DNA of 64,000 bases from Octopus sinensis (Eukaryota): positions 54,250,001 through 54,314,000 of the forward strand of contig NC_043013.1 in the NCBI RefSeq assembly GCF_006345805.1. The letters run 5' to 3'. The number at the start of each line of letters is the position of its first letter. The first letter of the stretch is position 1. Under the pieces are notes generated by a model, which saw only the letters and a list, made by a program, of their open reading frames with translations, was not told the DNA's origin and did not search any database. Shown here in pieces: positions 63,868-64,000 of the stretch. Made by a program: the position numbers and the translations under genes.

Positions 63868-64000
63868 GCTGGAGTGGGTTGGATGGTTTGACCAGAGCTG
63901 GCTAGACACAGGACTACACCAGGCTTCACTGTCAGTTTTGGCAAGATTTTTGCAGCTGAATGCCCTTCCTAATACTAGCTACCTTATACAGCAGACTGAG
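63868..64000 (-). mobile_element. RTE 3' UTR fragment running off the window
   Basis: gctggagtgggttggatggtttgaccagagc...tgcccttcctaat. Confidence 0.7.

Noticed and set aside
1-64000. Prokaryote-type systems (CRISPR arrays, operons, rRNA)
   Set aside because: No regularly spaced repeat-spacer arrays, dense ORFs or rRNA motifs; the window is eukaryotic intronic DNA.

Overview
AT-rich, microsatellite- and retroelement-dense eukaryotic DNA. The repeat families look like those of an Octopus genome (inference from recalled repeat sequences, not a database result). I can support only one host coding exon: a 258-nt, phase 2-2, minus-strand exon (38266-38523) encoding a spondin-type thrombospondin-1 module that best fits THSD7 (THSD7A/B-like). 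The rest is therefore probably two very long introns (>38 kb and >25 kb). They contain several tRNA-derived SINE families, 5'-truncated RTE and RTE-X LINE ends, two R4/Dong-type RLE-LINE ends in (TAA)n, non-autonomous Helitrons, piggyBac- and hAT-type MITEs, probable Penelope and L1-like relics, and long simple repeats including a ~410-bp GAA/TTC tract. Main leads: (i) the exon has lost both cysteines of one disulfide, and one slot holds a TAC codon that A-to-I editing would convert to Cys; (ii) several element families sit in (TAA)n, including a SINE split at its internal (TAA)n whose tail carries a degenerate minimal hammerhead core; (iii) near-adjacent inverted repeats could form intronic dsRNA. 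Almost all ORFs in the supplied track are microsatellite or repeat artefacts. Most repeat boundaries are approximate (about +/-10-20 nt). All comparisons were made by eye.
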